Source of the DNA: the human T2T-CHM13v2.0 reference genome, Homo sapiens
DNA: 64,000 nucleotides
Assembly: GCF_009914755.1 (NCBI RefSeq)
Contig: NC_060937.1
Strand: one strand, 5' to 3'
Position 1 is the stretch's first letter. Each line of letters starts with the position of its first letter. The position numbers and the translations under genes were made by a program. The notes under the pieces were generated by a model. It worked only from the letters and a program-made list of their open reading frames with translations. It ran no database searches and was not told the DNA's origin. Below, one piece after another: positions 59,612 to 64,000 of the stretch.

Positions 59612-60586
59612 GTAAGTTCTATTGGTTTCCTTTGAAAATCATGTTCAAAATAACACAGTGATCTGATTGATGGGAAAAAAATCACATCCACCAAAAAAGA
59701 AAGTGTCAATGTTTTTGTGTTATTTTTGCTGTTCGTATGAAGGCCTACGGGTGGAAGAGAAAAACAATACTCCTGATGTCATTTAATATGCATATCCCCA
59801 AATGTTAACTCTTGTACTTTCTGTTCAGGTGTTTGTCTTTCTTCAAGGACTAGTACGCAGTTGATACTTCAGTTGTCTTAAAGGATAAGCTTGGATGGAT
59901 GGTTGCCAAATAGACTAAACTTGTTCTGTCCTGTTCTTGGATTTAAACTTTATCATTGAATATGGCATAGTAGCCTTAAGACATAATACTGCCACCGATT
60001 TCACTTCTCTCTAGAGATTTTTGCTCTTCAGAATTCAGTAAACCAAGACTCATGCTGGATTAATGGAGCTGGACCCTAGATATTTTAATTTGCCTTAATA
60101 TAGACAAAGGATGAATCAGATTATGCTCATCTCCAGGCTTGCTGACAAGCCACCTGGGTGTTTTTTCCCTCTTGACCAAGGCAGAAATTACTTGAAATAA
60201 AATATACACATTATGTTTCAGAAAGGTAATTGTGGGTATAATACTTAATGTATAATAAGCACTACTATAAAGGAAAGTTGTGCTATCATATCACCTTTTA
60301 CATTTCCACTGTATATGAATTCGTCTCATATAATCAGTCCCCTCCTATCCTGATATGTGCCTAGTTCACTAGATTTACAAAGGTTTATAGGAAGTGTCTC
60401 TCTCAGTAGTCAAAAAGTTGCCTTAGTCTGATACAGTAAGGTGTTTCAGATGATGTGTATCTTCTTGTTTTTTGAATATGAGCACTTATTAGATAGATGT
60501 TTTCTTACCAATTTGAAAAAAATGACATGGGCAAGAAAAAAACAAAAAAATAGGTATCTTTATTAAGCCTGACCATGTGCCAGCAC

Positions 60587-60956
60587 TATATATATATATA
60601 TAATATATATATAATATATACAATATATAATCTATATATAATATATATATAATATATACAATATATAATCTATATATAATATATATATAATATATACAAT
60701 ATATAATCTATATATAATATATATAATATATACAATATGTAATCTATATATAATATATAATATATGTAATATGTAATCTATATATAATATATATATAATA
60801 TATAATCTATATATAATATATATATAATATATAATCTATATATAATATATATAATATATATAATCTATATATAATATATATAATATATAATATATATATA
60901 ATATATAATATATAATATATCTATATATAATCTATATATAATCTATATATATAATC
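60587..60956. repeat. Complex (TA)n-derived AT-rich tandem repeat with 38-bp higher-order units
   Basis: Unit-ending aatc recurs at 60632, 60670, 60708, 60746, then shorter degenerate units; flanked by MIR-like sequence. Confidence 0.95.
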
Positions 60957-61260
60957 TCATTTAATTCTCCTAACAGCCCCTTGAGATCAAGTCTGTCATT
61001 ATCCTTATTTTACAGGGGAGGAATCCTTAGCACAGAACTTAATGTAATTTTTATCTTTCTTGTGTTTGTTCTCCCCTCTTCATAAAATGATAGTGGAGAG
61101 GGAGAGGAGGGAGAGGAGGCTTTGAGTCTGGCAGACCTGATTTCTGTTCGTTGGTTGGTGACCCTGGCAGCTTACTAACCCCCCAGCCTCCATTTCTTTT
61201 GGAACATGAGAATAATAGAATCCTTTTCATAAGGCTGTAAAAATTAAATGGTAGCATACA

Positions 61261-61590
61261 CAGTTGTCCTTTAATGTCCATGGGGTATTGGCTGCAGGAC
61301 CTCCCAAGGACACCAAAAACTGAGGATGCTCACGTCCCTGATATAAAATGGTGTCGTATTTGCATATAACCTACATATATCCTCCCATAGACTGTAAATC
61401 ATCTCTAGGTTACTTATAATAATTAATCCAATGTAAATGCTATGTAGTTACATTGTATTATTCAGGGAATAATGACAAGAAAAAATATCTTAGATGTTTG
61501 GTATAGATGCAGTATTTTTTCCTAAGTATTTTCAATGCATGGTTGGTTGAATCCATGAATATGGAACCCACAGATAGAGAGGGCCAGCTG
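61261..61590. mobile_element. MER2 (Tigger) MITE
   Basis: cagttgtcc...ggatgctcacgtccctgatataaaatgg...ggttggttgaatcc...agggccagctg then TA. Confidence 0.88.
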
Positions 61591-61844
61591 TATACCCAGT
61601 ACATGCTAGGTATTCAGTAAACATTAATTTCCTTTATCCTTATTCACCTGCAACCCTCCTTTTCCAAACAACATGAAACTTTAAAATGAAGCTTCCTTAT
61701 TGAAATAGTAACTTCATAAAATGTCTCTGACCCTTGGCATTTTGTAAGCAGAAGAGAAATTGATCTTACTCAAAGATTCCTGATGCCATTGAGTCGTGTA
61801 CTTCTTTCCTCCTATGTTTTTTTCTTTAAAGGTCTGTTACACTA

Positions 61845-62156
<312 letters not shown>

Positions 62157-62282
62157 TCACCACAAAAATAAATAAATAAATATGGGCAGTAATACATATG
62201 TTAATTAGCTTAATTTAGCCATTTCACAATGTGTACATATATCAAAAGATGATGTTCACTATAAATATATCCCCCCCAAAAT

Positions 62283-62571
<289 letters not shown>

Positions 62572-63563
62572 AATATGTATAATTTTTATTTTGTCAATTA
62601 AAAAAGTAAATTAAAAAAAATAAAGGTCTGTTAACAATAGTGAATTTCACTTGCATATCTGGGAGTGGAGATTCGCTGACATCCAGAAAACCATGGTCTC
62701 AGTCCAGTATACCATTTTCCCCCCAGAAACCAGCAAGTGGCTCAAAATCCCCAAAGAATCTTCCCTTCTCAAAAGGCAAATAGATGGGATGAGAAGTTCC
62801 TCTGCTGTTTACATGGTATTTGACATACAGTCATGAGACACATAATATTCTTAAAATCTTCCGATATGTGTAAGGCCCCATTTCTGCATTTTTAAGTATC
62901 CCATGCACTCAGTCATGAAAGGAGGCATTTCATAGAGTCTTCTGTGGATTGTGTCGTGATTTCAATTATTGGTGATTATTGGTAAGGTATAAGGGGTCAA
63001 GTCATCTCCCTTTGGCAGAAACTATATTACCCCTAATGGAAAATTATCTCTGGTAAGCTGATGTTCATCTTGTCCGTCTCTATACACACAATCTGCTGTC
63101 GTCTTATTTTCCTCCCTTCTTTGGCTTGAATGCATAGAGTCTTTAAGATAGTCTGTATTTTTTCATTTGTTCCTCCGTCACTGGCCTTGCATCTTCCCTG
63201 CAGTATTTTGAACTTAATTTTCTCTAATTTATTTTGGATTGACTAAGAAGGACAAGCTGATGAAGAGAAGAATCAGCTACTAGTTGGCCCTGATGTAAAG
63301 AGCACACGTGGGCAGCATGGAGGCGAGGCAGGGCTGCGTTTGTGCAGGTCGTGTGGTCCTTGCTCTGAGGGTTCCGCGTGGTAAGGCAGGTTTGTCCACG
63401 CCTGTCCTCTGGGGAAGTTGCATCCATTTATTAAAATCACAGGATTTTGGTTTGCTGCTGTTTTTCCTATTAATTACTTTGCTGAGTAGACTGCTAAGGA
63501 ATATAGTATATGCATAAGCTGATGTGACACTTTCAGCATAAAACATTTAAAAAATAGGAAGTC

Positions 63564-63931
63564 AGCTGGGTGCGGTGGCTCATGTCTGTAATCCCAGCGC
63601 TTTGGGAGACCCAGGCAGGAGGATCTCTGGAGGCCAGGAGTTCAAGACCAGCCTAGGCAACATAGTGAGACCTCGTCTGTACAAAAACAAAATTAGCTTG
63701 AGGCCAAGAGTTCAAGACTAGCCTGGGCAACATAGTGAGAGCCTGTCTCTACTCAAAATAAAAAAAAAAAATAGCCAGGTGTGGTGGTATGTGGCGGTAG
63801 CCCCAGGTACTTGGGAAGCTGAGGTGGGAGGGTCACTTGAACCCTGAAGTCAAGGCTGCAGTGAGCCGTGATCGCTCCACCGCACCCCAGCCTGGGTGAC
63901 AGAGCGAGACCCTGTCTTGGAAAAAATAAAA
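63564..63931 (+). mobile_element. Alu (AluJ-like) with an internal ~70-bp duplication
   Basis: gagttcaagac...caacatagtgaga occurs twice; TSD aggaagtc. Confidence 0.92.
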
Positions 63932-64000
63932 GGAAGTCAGATTTTGAGTATGTGTCTGTTTTCAAATTCCAGAAATTTAAGGAGCAGCCTATTTCCACAT

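Overview
Primate (almost certainly human) genomic DNA from inside the FARP1 gene (FERM, ARH/RhoGEF and pleckstrin domain protein 1), transcribed on the + strand. Four internal coding exons (25439-25543, 47070-47112, 49803-49881, 59514-59611; 105/43/79/98 nt, all AG...GT) splice into one continuous frame encoding part of the N-terminal FERM domain ([108 protein letters not shown]). The rest is intron filled with about 32 Alus, L1/L2/MIR fragments, MaLR/ERV solo LTRs, Tigger/hAT DNA-transposon relics and microsatellites. Almost all ORFs in the supplied track are spurious repeat-derived frames. I see no evidence of a new gene or multi-gene system. The most unusual structure is at 34572-34941: an ungapped 118-bp fold-back duplication (about 89% identity by manual count) whose palindromic centre is reiterated around a ~105-bp insert apparently copied from an LTR ~1.2 kb upstream. 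Two smaller template-switch-like scars lie at 18009-18049 and 43390-43488. Repeat subfamily names are from recalled consensus motifs and repeat boundaries are approximate.
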